From: a virus
Taxonomy: Duplodnaviria > Heunggongvirae > Uroviricota > Caudoviricetes
DNA: 64,000 bases
Direction: 5' to 3' (one strand)
IMG/VR virus record: IMGVR_UViG_3300027608_000011
Shown: positions 8,647-18,468 of the stretch, piece by piece
Layout: each line of letters opens with the position of its first letter
Position numbering within the stretch: position 1 is the first letter of the stretch
Translations under genes and position numbers: made by a program
The notes under the pieces: model-generated
Told to the model about the DNA's origin: nothing
The model's input: the letters and a program-made list of their open reading frames with translations, nothing else
The model's database searches: none

Positions 8647-9477
8647 ATGGCAAAGAAAATACAAACACAAACGCAGACTAACATAGATCTTGACAACATC
8701 TTTAAGACTGGTACAGCTCGTCCTGTTGTTAAGCATACGGAAAAGCCCAAGGTTAAGCCTGTACAGGATAAGCCTAAAGTTGTAAACATTAACAAGGCCA
8801 ATGTCTCTAAAACATTAGGTGCTACAAGTAAAATACAGCCTACACAGGCCATGCAGGATATGCTAGGCAAGATGCTAGACATTAAACTTGACGCCGACTT
8901 GCCTGCTTACTTGGATGAGAATTACATTGACTTAGAAGCTACAGTAAATTTATCTTTGGAAGAAACTATACTGTTTAACGATAGTGGCATTGAGCCCAAG
9001 CCCCCAGAGACCTTGCCCACAGTTATAGTTAAGACTACTACATTGGCAACCACCGCAGAACACGCATTACGCAAGGCAGGCTACTTGGTACCGGATTTCC
9101 ACCAAGTAGCGGCACTGCCTGGTAACGTTAAAGACCAAATTAGACAGCTAGGACGTAGTGTGTTTAAGACTATGACAATTACGCCTACTAACAAAATCTT
9201 TGTAGTAGCTAACTTAGGCGGACAGGGTCCTAACACAGACAGAGAAGTGCAAAGTGTGGCAGAATGGGTTAGAAGCAATGGTCAGGACTATGGTAACGGC
9301 TCTATCAACTTTGATAGGTCTATACCAGGGTATAAAGCAGAGACACATTTATATACGGCGGCAGGCATTACGTGGTTGTTAGTTAAAGACTTTGCCGGAC
9401 AATACATTTATGCCTGGCCTGAAAAGGAAAGTTTGTTTAGGATAGAAGTTAACAAGTTATTAAAAATATTTCATTAA
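8647..9477 (+). CDS. hypothetical protein (276 aa)
   Basis: ORF tightly following the previous gene. Confidence 0.55.
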   Translation: MAKKIQTQTQTNIDLDNIFKTGTARPVVKHTEKPKVKPVQDKPKVVNINKANVSKTLGATSKIQPTQAMQDMLGKMLDIKLDADLPAYLDENYIDLEATVNLSLEETILFNDSGIEPKPPETLPTVIVKTTTLATTAEHALRKAGYLVPDFHQVAALPGNVKDQIRQLGRSVFKTMTITPTNKIFVVANLGGQGPNTDREVQSVAEWVRSNGQDYGNGSINFDRSIPGYKAETHLYTAAGITWLLVKDFAGQYIYAWPEKESLFRIEVNKLLKIFH

Positions 9478-9509
9478 AAAACGGCTAGTCAATAAATAGC
9501 AGTTTAAAT

Positions 9510-9583
9510 GCCCCGGTGACGGAATTGGTATACGTGTTGGTCTTAGAAGCCAAATTTTAGGAGTTCGAGTCTCCTCTGGGGCA
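9510..9583 (+). tRNA. type I tRNA with anticodon TAG (Leu anticodon but no long variable arm)
   Basis: acceptor GCCCCGG/CTGGGGC, AC stem TTGGT/GCCAA loop CTTAGAA, 5 nt variable loop, T-arm AGGAGTTCGAGTCTCCT, A73, CCA. Confidence 0.55.
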
Positions 9584-9728
9584 CCATTAATAGTTTACAT
9601 ATAAATGCTTTCTGAGTAGCTACACTGGAATAACACTGAACTTGACTTATTCTGCAGAACGGTCAAGAGGTGCCAGGAAGAGCAGGGCTACCGTGGATTC
9701 AAGCGCCACAGAGAGCACCTATATGTAT

Positions 9729-9799
9729 GCGGGGTTCGTAAAATGGTATTACCCTATCCTTCCAAGTTAGAGTCAGGAGTTCGATTCTCCTACCCCGCT
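9729..9799 (+). tRNA. tRNA-Gly (anticodon TCC)
   Basis: close to E. coli Gly(UCC): D-arm TCGTAAAATGGTATTACC, loop CTTCCAA, U73, CCA. Confidence 0.85.
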
Positions 9800-9832
9800 C
9801 CATAATTTTATAGTTAGTGTAGCATACTGAAT

Positions 9833-10300
9833 ATGTTACAAAGTAAATTAAAGAAGAAAATGTTACATCTAGTACAAAATCTTAGTGATAAATTTGCTCT
9901 TCATTTGAATGAAGATCCAGTTCGACCAAACATACCACATGTGGACCGTGTCGGCAGTAACAAGGATATTTTTGTTTTAAGAGACGAAGCCGGTAAAGCT
10001 AAGGCTATTACTTGTGTGAGTTATCAACAAACTATTCCTACCAATGAAGCAGGCTTATTTGAACAAGCAGACTTGCCAAACATAGCAGTATTTTACACAA
10101 TATGGAGTTACAAGGCAGGCGCAGGCAAGCAATTAATTTTTGATGCAGTAAGACATATACGAGCAACAAAAAGTGATGTTGTTAGATTTGTTACTCTTAG
10201 TCCAAAGACAGATACTGCAAAGAAGTTCCATTTACGCAACGGTGCAACTGTGCATAGAGAAAATACTGACACAGTTAATTACGAATATTTGGGGGTGTAG
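9833..10300 (+). CDS. hypothetical protein (155 aa)
   Basis: ORF; its stop codon lies inside the first nucleotides of tRNA-Ala. Confidence 0.4.
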   Translation: MLQSKLKKKMLHLVQNLSDKFALHLNEDPVRPNIPHVDRVGSNKDIFVLRDEAGKAKAITCVSYQQTIPTNEAGLFEQADLPNIAVFYTIWSYKAGAGKQLIFDAVRHIRATKSDVVRFVTLSPKTDTAKKFHLRNGATVHRENTDTVNYEYLGV

Positions 10301-10363
10301 CTCAGTTGGGAGAGCGGCTGGTTTGCAACCAGTAGGTCGCAGGTTCGATCCCTGTCTCCTCCA
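10291..10363 (+). tRNA. tRNA-Ala (anticodon TGC)
   Basis: G3-U70 identity pair, loop TTTGCAA, D-arm GCTCAGTTGGGAGAGC, A73, CCA. Confidence 0.9.
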
Positions 10364-10366
10364 CCA

Positions 10367-10595
10367 GAAAACCCGGACGCCCTTGTCCGTTATACAAAGG
10401 GGGTGAGGCAATCACCATAGACAGTGCTAGGTACGCTAGGACTTAACCTCACGATCCCATTTACGGATACGGAAATAGCCCAGGGTAAGGTACATCGCCT
10501 GCGCCATAAGCAGAAATGATGTGGACAGAGTAACCGCTCAGTCTGGGGCTCCTGTGGTGGGAGTAGCCGGACACTAATTCACACTAAGTTAAATA
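10367..10595 (+). ncRNA. GC-rich non-coding segment downstream of tRNA-Ala (candidate structured RNA)
   Basis: 230 nt with no ORF or SD and markedly higher GC than the flanks. Confidence 0.25.
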
Positions 10596-10600
10596 CGTGC

Positions 10601-11203
10601 ATGAGATACACAATAATAGAAGATTGCAGTCCTTACTACGTTCGATTTACATTTGAAGGTTTAGATAAAATAGTACAGTTCATAAAAGAACATGATCACT
10701 TAGTACATCTACATAATAAGTTTATAGGATATAGTCATTTAGACTTTCATGAAGATATTGCATTGCAAATAATGGACATGTTGCCAATGAGCAATCTTGT
10801 TCCGTTTAACAAAGAAAGAGTTGCTATTTTCGAAACTCCGCCTGGCGGTGGATGCGGAATACATAAGGACGGAATGTGGTCACTGACTAGCTTTAACATA
10901 ATCATAGAAACACATGACGAGTTATGCGAAACAACGTTTTACAGCGATATCGAAATGAGGCACAGCCAACCAACTGGAATGCCATATGTTAGGCATATAT
11001 TTTCAGATTATAATAAGTTAGCTATGTTTAAACCTATAAAATCTATGGTAGCCAAAGAAGGAGAAATGATATTGTTTAATCCTAACATATGGCATGCTTG
11101 GCAAAATATTAAATCTCCATATAAGCGAAGAGTAGTTACATTACGTCTAGTAGATCCTAGTGCTGTGACTTTTGACGAAATGAAAAATAAATTGTTTACA
11201 TAA
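10601..11203 (+). CDS. 2OG-Fe(II) oxygenase/cupin-like protein
   Basis: 200 aa; HxD (GIHKDG) and downstream His (WHAW) motif arrangement. Confidence 0.5.
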   Translation: MRYTIIEDCSPYYVRFTFEGLDKIVQFIKEHDHLVHLHNKFIGYSHLDFHEDIALQIMDMLPMSNLVPFNKERVAIFETPPGGGCGIHKDGMWSLTSFNIIIETHDELCETTFYSDIEMRHSQPTGMPYVRHIFSDYNKLAMFKPIKSMVAKEGEMILFNPNIWHAWQNIKSPYKRRVVTLRLVDPSAVTFDEMKNKLFT

Positions 11204-11254
11204 TTCACCATTACACACGGTGTACAATAGGATAAGTAGTGTGTAAACAAATAT

Positions 11255-11325
11255 CGCGGGCAGGGCGGCCACCACTCCGGTCTCATAAGCCAGGAGCATC
11301 CCAGGTTCAAATCCTGGGCCCGCAA
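11255..11325 (+). tRNA. tRNA-Met (anticodon CAT), initiator-like
   Basis: CGCGGGC...GCCCGCA acceptor with C1-A72 mismatch as in bacterial tRNA-fMet, loop CTCATAA, T-arm CCAGGTTCAAATCCTGG, ends GCAACCA. Confidence 0.7.
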
Positions 11326-11340
11326 CCATTAAATAGTGTT

Positions 11341-11910
11341 ATGAAGGACAGAGACTTTTATTCGAATATTAATATTCCCTTGCCAAATATAGATTGGCAA
11401 ACTGTGTGGGGCGACAGTTCACCTATTGGTGAAACCACACCACGTTGGAAACCGATTATAGACTTAAACAATATTTGGCCTACAGAAATACATGAAAAGT
11501 TTAAAAGCATAGGACTCAGGCTATCAATGGCAAGAGTGTTTAAATGGCACAGTCGGCCTTTCTTCCCATGGCATATCGATGGCAATGAAAAAGGCACTAC
11601 AAAATGTGCATTGAATTGGGTAGTGCAAGGTATCGGGGTTATTCAATGGAATGATAGTATGATACTGGATGGACATACAAATGGTCTAGCAACTGCCGCC
11701 GCGGCCGGTCGGTTTAATGATCCTTATACTTGTCAAACGTTGCCACATGAAAAACAATATTTGGTTGATACTTCGGTTCCTCACAGAGTTGTGGTAGGTG
11801 AAGAAATGAAAGATCGAATTACAGTGAGTATATTGTTCCGTGATAATTGGCTATGGCCTTATTATAGAACAAGAGATAAACTTGCTAGTGTGGGTCTAAT
11901 AGCTGAATGA
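11341..11910 (+). CDS. HxD-cupin paralog family member (AspH/2OG-oxygenase-like)
   Basis: start moved to the Met downstream of the tRNA; PWHIDG and CALNWVVQG family motifs. Confidence 0.55.
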   Translation: MKDRDFYSNINIPLPNIDWQTVWGDSSPIGETTPRWKPIIDLNNIWPTEIHEKFKSIGLRLSMARVFKWHSRPFFPWHIDGNEKGTTKCALNWVVQGIGVIQWNDSMILDGHTNGLATAAAAGRFNDPYTCQTLPHEKQYLVDTSVPHRVVVGEEMKDRITVSILFRDNWLWPYYRTRDKLASVGLIAE

Positions 11911-12448
11911 AATCTTCAAAACCTATAATAGGTGTCACGCTTAAAAACATTCTATGAGCATCGGTAGTTTGAACTTTAGCATGTGGATGATCTGTTCTTA
12001 GTAACATTGCAGAGTCCATAGTTAAACAGAATCTATCTAATTCTACTGCTCCAGTTGGTTGTTCCGAATACGAAGTTGCTTTATACTGTCCGTTACCAAT
12101 TGACTCTAATCGTTCTACAACACTATCTACAGTATAAAAAATTGTGTCGGCACCAATACCACAATTTTGAATGGGTATATTAAGTGCAACAGGTCGTGGA
12201 TCGCGATGTATCATTTTATACATTTTATCATTGACTATAGCATTTGGTGTAGTATAATGTAATACTGCAATGTTACTAACAGGAAAATTATTTTGTAGTT
12301 TACGAAAATAATTAGAATCAAAATCATCTAAGTTAATCATTTGGCCATGTCCTTGTCGACCACGGCCTTTGAAAAGTTGTATTAACTCTTGCCTATCATC
12401 CTCAGTATACATTAATGCAGGTAGAGATATTTTATAATATAGCATCAC
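11885..12448 (-). CDS. HxD-cupin paralog family member
   Basis: 187 aa; MIHRD...VALNIPIQNCGIGADTIFY. Confidence 0.6.
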   Translation of the reverse strand: MMLYYKISLPALMYTEDDRQELIQLFKGRGRQGHGQMINLDDFDSNYFRKLQNNFPVSNIAVLHYTTPNAIVNDKMYKMIHRDPRPVALNIPIQNCGIGADTIFYTVDSVVERLESIGNGQYKATSYSEQPTGAVELDRFCLTMDSAMLLRTDHPHAKVQTTDAHRMFLSVTPIIGFEDFIQLLDPH

Positions 12449-12481
12449 AATATTTAGTTGAATAATAAATAGTTTTAATAC

Positions 12482-12554
<73 letters not shown>

Positions 12555-12650
12555 CCAAAGTTTTGTGGTAAGGAAAGTAAAAGGAGAATGGGCAAGTCTG
12601 TCGCTACTAAACGTCTGACTAGATACCTCACCTGCCATAATTAATTATAC

Positions 12651-12724
12651 CCGTGTGTAGCTCAGCCTGGTAGAGCTCTGCGTTTGGGACGCAGTGGTCG
12701 CATGTTCGAATCGTGTCACACGGA
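12651..12724 (+). tRNA. tRNA-Pro (anticodon TGG)
   Basis: C1-G72, AC stem CTGCG/CGCAG loop TTTGGGA, T-loop TTCGAAT, A73, CCA. Confidence 0.85.
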
Positions 12725-12732
12725 CCAATTTT

Positions 12733-12805
12733 AGGACTTTAGCTCAGTTGGTAGAGCGTCTGCCTTACACGCAGAATGTCGTCAGTTCGAACCTGGCAAG
12801 TCCTA
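12733..12805 (+). tRNA. tRNA-Val (anticodon TAC)
   Basis: acceptor AGGACTT/AAGTCCT, AC stem TCTGC/GCAGA loop CTTACAC, T-arm GTCAGTTCGAACCTGGC, A73, CCA. Confidence 0.85.
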
Positions 12806-12815
12806 CCATAAATGC

Positions 12816-12844
12816 TTGACAATGTCAACTGTGTAGTATATAAT
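12816..12844 (+). promoter_or_regulatory. sigma70-type promoter TTGACA-17-TATAAT
   Basis: consensus hexamers preceding the stem-closed element. Confidence 0.5.
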
Positions 12845-12849
12845 ATATT

Positions 12850-13110
12850 AAATTGTAATTAGTATGAACGTACCCCTCGGCGGGGACTGCTACAAGTGAG
12901 AAGTAGGATATTACGCATGCCACTGACCCACACGTTGTGAAACGCAAAGTTATGCTCGATGCCTGTATTAAGAATATCGGGTACCCCCGAGGCTCCATTG
13001 ATGCAAGAATACCCTGCCAGATGTATGTCGAGTTCCAACGTTCATGACGTTGACTGTCCAGACGTTTCACTGTCGTAACGTAGTTTTAGTATGTTCATAC
13101 TAATTATAAT
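12850..13110 (+). ncRNA. candidate 260 nt structured RNA closed by a 17 bp terminal stem, between tRNA-Val and tRNA-Ser
   Basis: TAATTAGTATGAACGTA...TAGTATGTTCATACTAATTA inverted repeat; interior GC-rich with CCTCGG/CCGAGG long-range pairing; no ORF; own promoter. Confidence 0.4.
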
Positions 13111-13111
13111 T

Positions 13112-13202
13112 GGAGAGCTGGGTGAGCGGCTGAAACCACCTTCCTGCTAAGAAGACGTCCGGGCATAAACCCGGACCGAGGGTTCGAATCCCTCGCTCTC
13201 CA
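13112..13202 (+). tRNA. tRNA-Ser (anticodon GCT), type II
   Basis: D-arm GGGTGAGCGGCTGAAACC, loop CTGCTAA, variable-arm hairpin CGTCCGGGCATAAACCCGGACC, T-arm GAGGGTTCGAATCCCTC, CCA. Confidence 0.85.
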
Positions 13203-13214
13203 CCAATAAATCTA

Positions 13215-13883
13215 ATGTATCAATTCATACCCGTAAATATTTCTCAGCACGAAGCAATATTAGGTAAAGATTTCAGCGCAAGATTTGCCACAGAAATGTT
13301 TAACTACTATGCACCGTTTAAGCGGAGAAATCGTAAAATACAAATAGCCAAAGAAACGTGGGAATATGCAGTCGCTGATAGTATCGATAATGCTACATGG
13401 ACTGGTGCAGGGTCAAGTGTGGTCGATGTTGTTACTCCATTGGCAGATTTCGATGTTAAAGGATTAAGCGCAAAAGATATATTATCTATTAGTTCAGAGG
13501 CCAGCTACTTGCAAAATTTACAAAGCATCAATGATGGCTTTGTTAACTTGATTAACGAAAGCGATTTCACTGGACTGTATAACATGTTTGTTGCTCCGTT
13601 AAAAACCAAGCTGAAAGATACAAATAACTTGCATATTCTTGTGATTGTACGCATAAACAATGACAAAAGTGTATGCTATGCACTATTAAAAGTTGTCCCT
13701 AGTAACTTGAGCTTAGATGAGTTCATTAATAAAATTCATATGAAGACACCCCGAGTTATGTACGTACCTATGATTGATAGTAAATACGGTAATACAGTTT
13801 TTACAGTGGCTAAACGTAGACTAGAACTAAGAGTCGATTGTAAAGGGCTGTCGCCATACATGGTGACTTCGCATACCATATAA
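13215..13883 (+). CDS. hypothetical protein (222 aa)
   Basis: ORF immediately after tRNA-Ser. Confidence 0.55.
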   Translation: MYQFIPVNISQHEAILGKDFSARFATEMFNYYAPFKRRNRKIQIAKETWEYAVADSIDNATWTGAGSSVVDVVTPLADFDVKGLSAKDILSISSEASYLQNLQSINDGFVNLINESDFTGLYNMFVAPLKTKLKDTNNLHILVIVRINNDKSVCYALLKVVPSNLSLDEFINKIHMKTPRVMYVPMIDSKYGNTVFTVAKRRLELRVDCKGLSPYMVTSHTI

Positions 13884-13922
13884 TACTCAATCATAAATAT
13901 GTGTACTTAATGAAAGATACAC

Positions 13923-14738
13923 ATGAAACAACTTATATTGTTGGTACTATTTACTGTTAGTAATCTAGCAAATGCGTGGGAACAACGTGCCCCACTGCCA
14001 CCACAAGCATGCCAAGTACATAGCCCTTACGGTTTTGCACAAACACAGCGACCAACGCTACCAATTTGCCGCGAAGCATATCTAGTAGCCTATGATGCTC
14101 CTGTAAAGATTCCTGCTTATGTGGCATATACACTAACCCCTCCCAATGCATTAGGATGTTTTCCACGTACAAATGCTTTTGTTCCTGACCAATCCTTAAA
14201 TGGCACAGGTGCTCGTCCAGATGACTATGCTGGCACAGGCTACGACAAAGGACACGCCGCCCCCGATGGTGACTTGAGTTGGAGTCAGCAAGTGGAGTAC
14301 GAATCATTTCTAATGACTAACATGTATCCACAGCACGGAAGTTTGAACCGTGGCATTTGGAAACTGTTAGAAACAGCAGTTCGCGGTTGGGCAGTACAAA
14401 CGAATCAAAGTTATACAATTTTTGTTGGTGCGTTCTACGGTGCGAATGACCCAACAATTGGTAATGGTGTCATTGTTCCACATGGCTATTACAAGATTGT
14501 AATCAATAATAATACAAAACAAATTGCAGGCTGGACCTTTCCGCATACTAAGCCATACGTAAACTTAGGCAACGACTTAACAGTATTTCGTAAGCCAGTA
14601 GCTGACATTATGAAACAAGCCGGAGTACAGTACAAGTTTCCAGCAGGTGCGATTGAAATTGCCCCAGGTCGAGAATGGCCGGTAGACTTTGGTGCATTAA
14701 CTAATGCCAAACGTGCTAAGTGTGGCCGACCAGAATAA
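13923..14738 (+). CDS. secreted DNA/RNA non-specific endonuclease (Serratia NucA / EndoG family)
   Basis: signal peptide MKQLILLVLFTVSNLANA; DKGHAAP (DRGH-like active site) and NMYPQ motifs. Confidence 0.65.
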   Translation: MKQLILLVLFTVSNLANAWEQRAPLPPQACQVHSPYGFAQTQRPTLPICREAYLVAYDAPVKIPAYVAYTLTPPNALGCFPRTNAFVPDQSLNGTGARPDDYAGTGYDKGHAAPDGDLSWSQQVEYESFLMTNMYPQHGSLNRGIWKLLETAVRGWAVQTNQSYTIFVGAFYGANDPTIGNGVIVPHGYYKIVINNNTKQIAGWTFPHTKPYVNLGNDLTVFRKPVADIMKQAGVQYKFPAGAIEIAPGREWPVDFGALTNAKRAKCGRPE

Positions 14739-14775
14739 TACTTGACATTACACTATAATATAGTATAATTATAAT

Positions 14776-15486
14776 ATGATAGAAACATTAAAATCCGGGA
14801 TCAATCCCGACAAATACATTTATAAAACTAAGTTAACATTTGGACTAGAATTTGGTGAACGTCTGCGACAGCAAGCAAATAGGGACGACAGTTATTTTCC
14901 TCCTCGTGCGAACTATGAAAATGGTCTTAAAGATCCTTGGGGTGTGTACGAAAGTATCGGCTTAGAAAAAAGTAAAGAGCTACTACGTAGATATAAACAA
15001 ATTAAAAATACTTACCCGGGCGAGGATCCTATAGAATTTAAGCAATTTTATCTGCCGGATGATGCCGCACAAGAACTGTTAGATTTGACTCCGCAGTTTC
15101 TTAAAGACTTGAGTCCAGGAGAGCCTGTACCGATTTTTCAAATTGGTGAAGGTGGTAGTGTATTACCTGCACATCATGGGCACAAACGCAAGTGTTCTAT
15201 ATTTTTACTTTTACAAAGTAGTAATGAACAAACAAGATGGTATGAGCCCACTGCACCATTTGAAACAATATCTACTACTAGGATTCCAGATTTAGATAAA
15301 ATTGAATGTGTAGTAAATGCCACGATAGAACAAGGTAACTGGTACGTGTTTAATCACTTAACATGGCATAGCGTACACAGATATGGCGGCGCAAAACGCA
15401 TTAATGTAGGACTAGATTTTGATAATGTAAGGGCAGAGGACTTGGTTGCAGTAATCAAAGAACACGAAAAAACTTTGATAGATTAA
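14776..15486 (+). CDS. hypothetical protein, possibly distant cupin paralog
   Basis: 236 aa; PAHHGH and WHSVH histidine clusters. Confidence 0.4.
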   Translation: MIETLKSGINPDKYIYKTKLTFGLEFGERLRQQANRDDSYFPPRANYENGLKDPWGVYESIGLEKSKELLRRYKQIKNTYPGEDPIEFKQFYLPDDAAQELLDLTPQFLKDLSPGEPVPIFQIGEGGSVLPAHHGHKRKCSIFLLLQSSNEQTRWYEPTAPFETISTTRIPDLDKIECVVNATIEQGNWYVFNHLTWHSVHRYGGAKRINVGLDFDNVRAEDLVAVIKEHEKTLID

Positions 15487-16076
15487 GTAGCACTAGTTAA
15501 TAACAAGTGCAACCTGGCAGTATTAGATCCGTTATGAAATGTATGTGTTATATTAATTGGATCCAAATACCATACTCTATCATCTGCTGGCATGTGTAAC
15601 TTATACACATCCTTGTCATCTTTAAACAACCAATAACAATCAGTGTTGGTCACTATAGGCACATGATACCTGTTTGGGGTATGCGGATCAGTATGAAACC
15701 TATAACCATTGTTAGGACCTAACCAAACAAGCTGTGCTCGCCCACAGAATCCATGATGTCTGTCATACAGTTTATGAACTAATTTACCCACATATAAATC
15801 TTCGGCCTCTTTTAAATGCTCGGTGAAATTGGCTTCATCTATGTTCTGTTCTACTAAATGTGCATGGCTGGCACTATATTTGCGCCACGCATCCTCTCCG
15901 ACCAGTCCAGGTAAATGCGTTAAATTAATAGCAAAGCCTAGCCTAGAACATATATCGTCAATATCTAGACAAAGCCTATTTAATAGTGTTATAATACTGT
16001 CATATAGTTGTTTTTGATCTACGGTTATTCCGTCAATTGGATAACAATACGGAGGCAAAATATCAACTTGTTTCAT
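15483..16076 (-). CDS. Asp/Asn beta-hydroxylase-like cupin (HxD...H)
   Basis: 197 aa; RFHTDPH and THTFHNG motifs. Confidence 0.5.
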   Translation of the reverse strand: MKQVDILPPYCYPIDGITVDQKQLYDSIITLLNRLCLDIDDICSRLGFAINLTHLPGLVGEDAWRKYSASHAHLVEQNIDEANFTEHLKEAEDLYVGKLVHKLYDRHHGFCGRAQLVWLGPNNGYRFHTDPHTPNRYHVPIVTNTDCYWLFKDDKDVYKLHMPADDRVWYLDPINITHTFHNGSNTARLHLLLTSAT

Positions 16077-16107
16077 ATACGTATTTACACTATATAAATA
16101 TTATAAA

Positions 16108-16863
16108 ATGCACTATAATCCAACTTTATCCAGACTGCTTCAACTAGCAGGTTACGCAAGTTTATTCTTTTTATTATACTGGACTGTGGCCGAAGATTGG
16201 ACCTGGATCATTTATAGCCTGTTGTATTATAAAATTGTAGTTGGATTGTTTGGAAATCAAATAGCGCAACATAGATATTTTAGTCATAACAGTTTTAAAG
16301 CGACCCCATTGGTTCATAAATTACTAGCTATAGTATCTTGTACTACAGCAATTAGTCCGATAGTGTATGCAAGTGTACATCGTCAACATCACAAATACAG
16401 TGACACAATCAAAGATGTACATAGTCCGAATAATGGATTTATACATAGTGCGTTTACTTGGTCATGGAACATGGATAAAAAAGTGAAACCGGCAATTGAT
16501 TTAATGAGAGACGAGTTTTTGTTAATATTGCACGAAAATATGTACAACATTATTATCTTTGGCAACATAATGTTATGCTTAATTGATTGGCGCTTATCAG
16601 CATTTATATTTTTAGCAGGCATAGGCTGGAATTACTTGCACATGGGCTTGTTTAGAAGTGCATTATTTCACATGAGGCTACCAGGAAGCTACAAAAATTT
16701 TGACGTAGCTGATGATAGTTGGAATAACAAATATTTACAGATACTTGATATAGGTGAAGGATTACATAATAATCATCACAAGTATCCTAGTAAATACAAT
16801 CAAGCAACAGCGCCCGGCGAATATGATTTTGCAGGATGGGTAGTTAAAAAATTGTTTATATGA
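16108..16863 (+). CDS. membrane delta-9 fatty-acid desaturase (DesC/SCD-like), paralog 1 of 4
   Basis: His boxes HRYFSH, HRQHHKYSDTIKDVHSP, GEGLHNNHHKYP. Confidence 0.75.
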   Translation: MHYNPTLSRLLQLAGYASLFFLLYWTVAEDWTWIIYSLLYYKIVVGLFGNQIAQHRYFSHNSFKATPLVHKLLAIVSCTTAISPIVYASVHRQHHKYSDTIKDVHSPNNGFIHSAFTWSWNMDKKVKPAIDLMRDEFLLILHENMYNIIIFGNIMLCLIDWRLSAFIFLAGIGWNYLHMGLFRSALFHMRLPGSYKNFDVADDSWNNKYLQILDIGEGLHNNHHKYPSKYNQATAPGEYDFAGWVVKKLFI

Positions 16864-17657
16864 TAGAAGACAAACAGATAGGGGCACGACCTTTAGAATT
16901 TTTATGGAAACGAGTTGGCCTTTTTAGTGTGCCGATTACAATACTATGGATGTTCTTTAATCCCAGTGACTGGCCATGGCTATTAGCAGGAATTATATTT
17001 GGCAAGTTTTTTGTTGGCATGATAGGTAAAAATATTGCTTTCCATCGTTACATCTGTCATAGAAGTTTTAAAACTAGCAAAGCTAAACATTACTTTTTAC
17101 TGTTTGCAAATTCATTTAGTACCAACAGTCCGTTAACTGCGGCCACAGTACATAGATACCACCATAAACACAGTGATACTAATAAGGACCCACATAGCCC
17201 TAAGATATATGGTTTTTGGAATTCATTGTTTTGGAGAGAACGAGTAGTACAGAATAAAAAAGCAATGCAGTTGCCGGTTGACTTAATGAGAGATCCTTCA
17301 CTTATGTGGTTACATAACAATTGCATTTTAGTGTATGGCGTGTACGCCTTGTTATGTCTGTTAATTAGTTGGAAGTTAATGGTATTTTGTTTGTTCTTTG
17401 CTACAGGATTAACTGCAATAAACAACAGTATTATTTTTATTGCATTAGTACATATGAAGATTTGGGGAAGTTACAGAAACTTTGACACAGCAGACCAGAG
17501 TTATAATTCTAAATTTTTGGAAATACTAAGTCCCGGAGAAGGCTATCATAATAATCATCATATGTATCCGGGCAAGTACAACATGGCAATTATGCCAGGC
17601 GAATTTGATTTAGCAGGATGGATTGTCGATAAGGTATTTGTTAATGAAATTAAATGA
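16860..17657 (+). CDS. delta-9 fatty-acid desaturase paralog 2 of 4
   Basis: HRYICH, HRYHHKHSDTNKDPHSP, GEGYHNNHHMYP; start overlaps previous stop. Confidence 0.75.
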   Translation: MIEDKQIGARPLEFLWKRVGLFSVPITILWMFFNPSDWPWLLAGIIFGKFFVGMIGKNIAFHRYICHRSFKTSKAKHYFLLFANSFSTNSPLTAATVHRYHHKHSDTNKDPHSPKIYGFWNSLFWRERVVQNKKAMQLPVDLMRDPSLMWLHNNCILVYGVYALLCLLISWKLMVFCLFFATGLTAINNSIIFIALVHMKIWGSYRNFDTADQSYNSKFLEILSPGEGYHNNHHMYPGKYNMAIMPGEFDLAGWIVDKVFVNEIK

Positions 17658-18468
17658 TATTAATAAAACTGCATTACTAATCAGTACACTTCGTATATCA
17701 AGTATCATAAGTATACCTTTTTGTTTTCTATGGGTTTGTTTTAACCCCAGTGACTGGCCTTGGCTATTGGGCGGCATTATTTGGGTTCGTCTATATGTGC
17801 AACCATTGGTTCGTAGCATGATGTTACATAGATATTTTAGTCATCGTAGTTTTAAAGTTAGTGACCGGGTGCATAAATTTTTCTGTATATCGTCTATATT
17901 TGCGGCTGTGAGTCCAGTTACTGCGGCCGCAATACATAGATTCCACCATAAATTCAGCGACACACCTAAGGACCCACATAGCCCATTAAATGGTATATGG
18001 AGTAGTTTAAGTTATAATCGAAAATTAGTATTAGGATTTAACTACAGTGGGTATATGGATAAAGCAACAGTACCATTTGATTTACTACGTGACAGGTCGG
18101 CGAGGTTTATACATAACAATCTAGCCGTGTTATGCTTAGGTACAATGTTATTATGTGTGTTAGTGTCGTGGAAATTACTTATATTTGGATATGTATTTGG
18201 TGTAGGCCTTGCTCTTGCTGAAACCGGAATCCTTAACATTGTATATGGCCATAAAAAAGCATGGGGTGGATATAGAAATTTTGATACGACTGATAACAGT
18301 TACAATACAAAATGGATCAATTGGTGGTTCGGAGACGGATTTCATAATAATCATCATGCTAAACCGGGCGCTTGGAATCAAAGTACAAAACCAGATGAAA
18401 TAGATTATGTTGCGTATGCAATAAAATATATATTTGCAGAAAAGGATAGCTTACGTGAAATACATTAA
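17623..18468 (+). CDS. delta-9 fatty-acid desaturase paralog 3 of 4
   Basis: HRYFSH, HRFHHKFSDTPKDPHSP, GDGFHNNHHAKP. Confidence 0.7.
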   Translation: MSIRYLLMKLNDINKTALLISTLRISSIISIPFCFLWVCFNPSDWPWLLGGIIWVRLYVQPLVRSMMLHRYFSHRSFKVSDRVHKFFCISSIFAAVSPVTAAAIHRFHHKFSDTPKDPHSPLNGIWSSLSYNRKLVLGFNYSGYMDKATVPFDLLRDRSARFIHNNLAVLCLGTMLLCVLVSWKLLIFGYVFGVGLALAETGILNIVYGHKKAWGGYRNFDTTDNSYNTKWINWWFGDGFHNNHHAKPGAWNQSTKPDEIDYVAYAIKYIFAEKDSLREIH

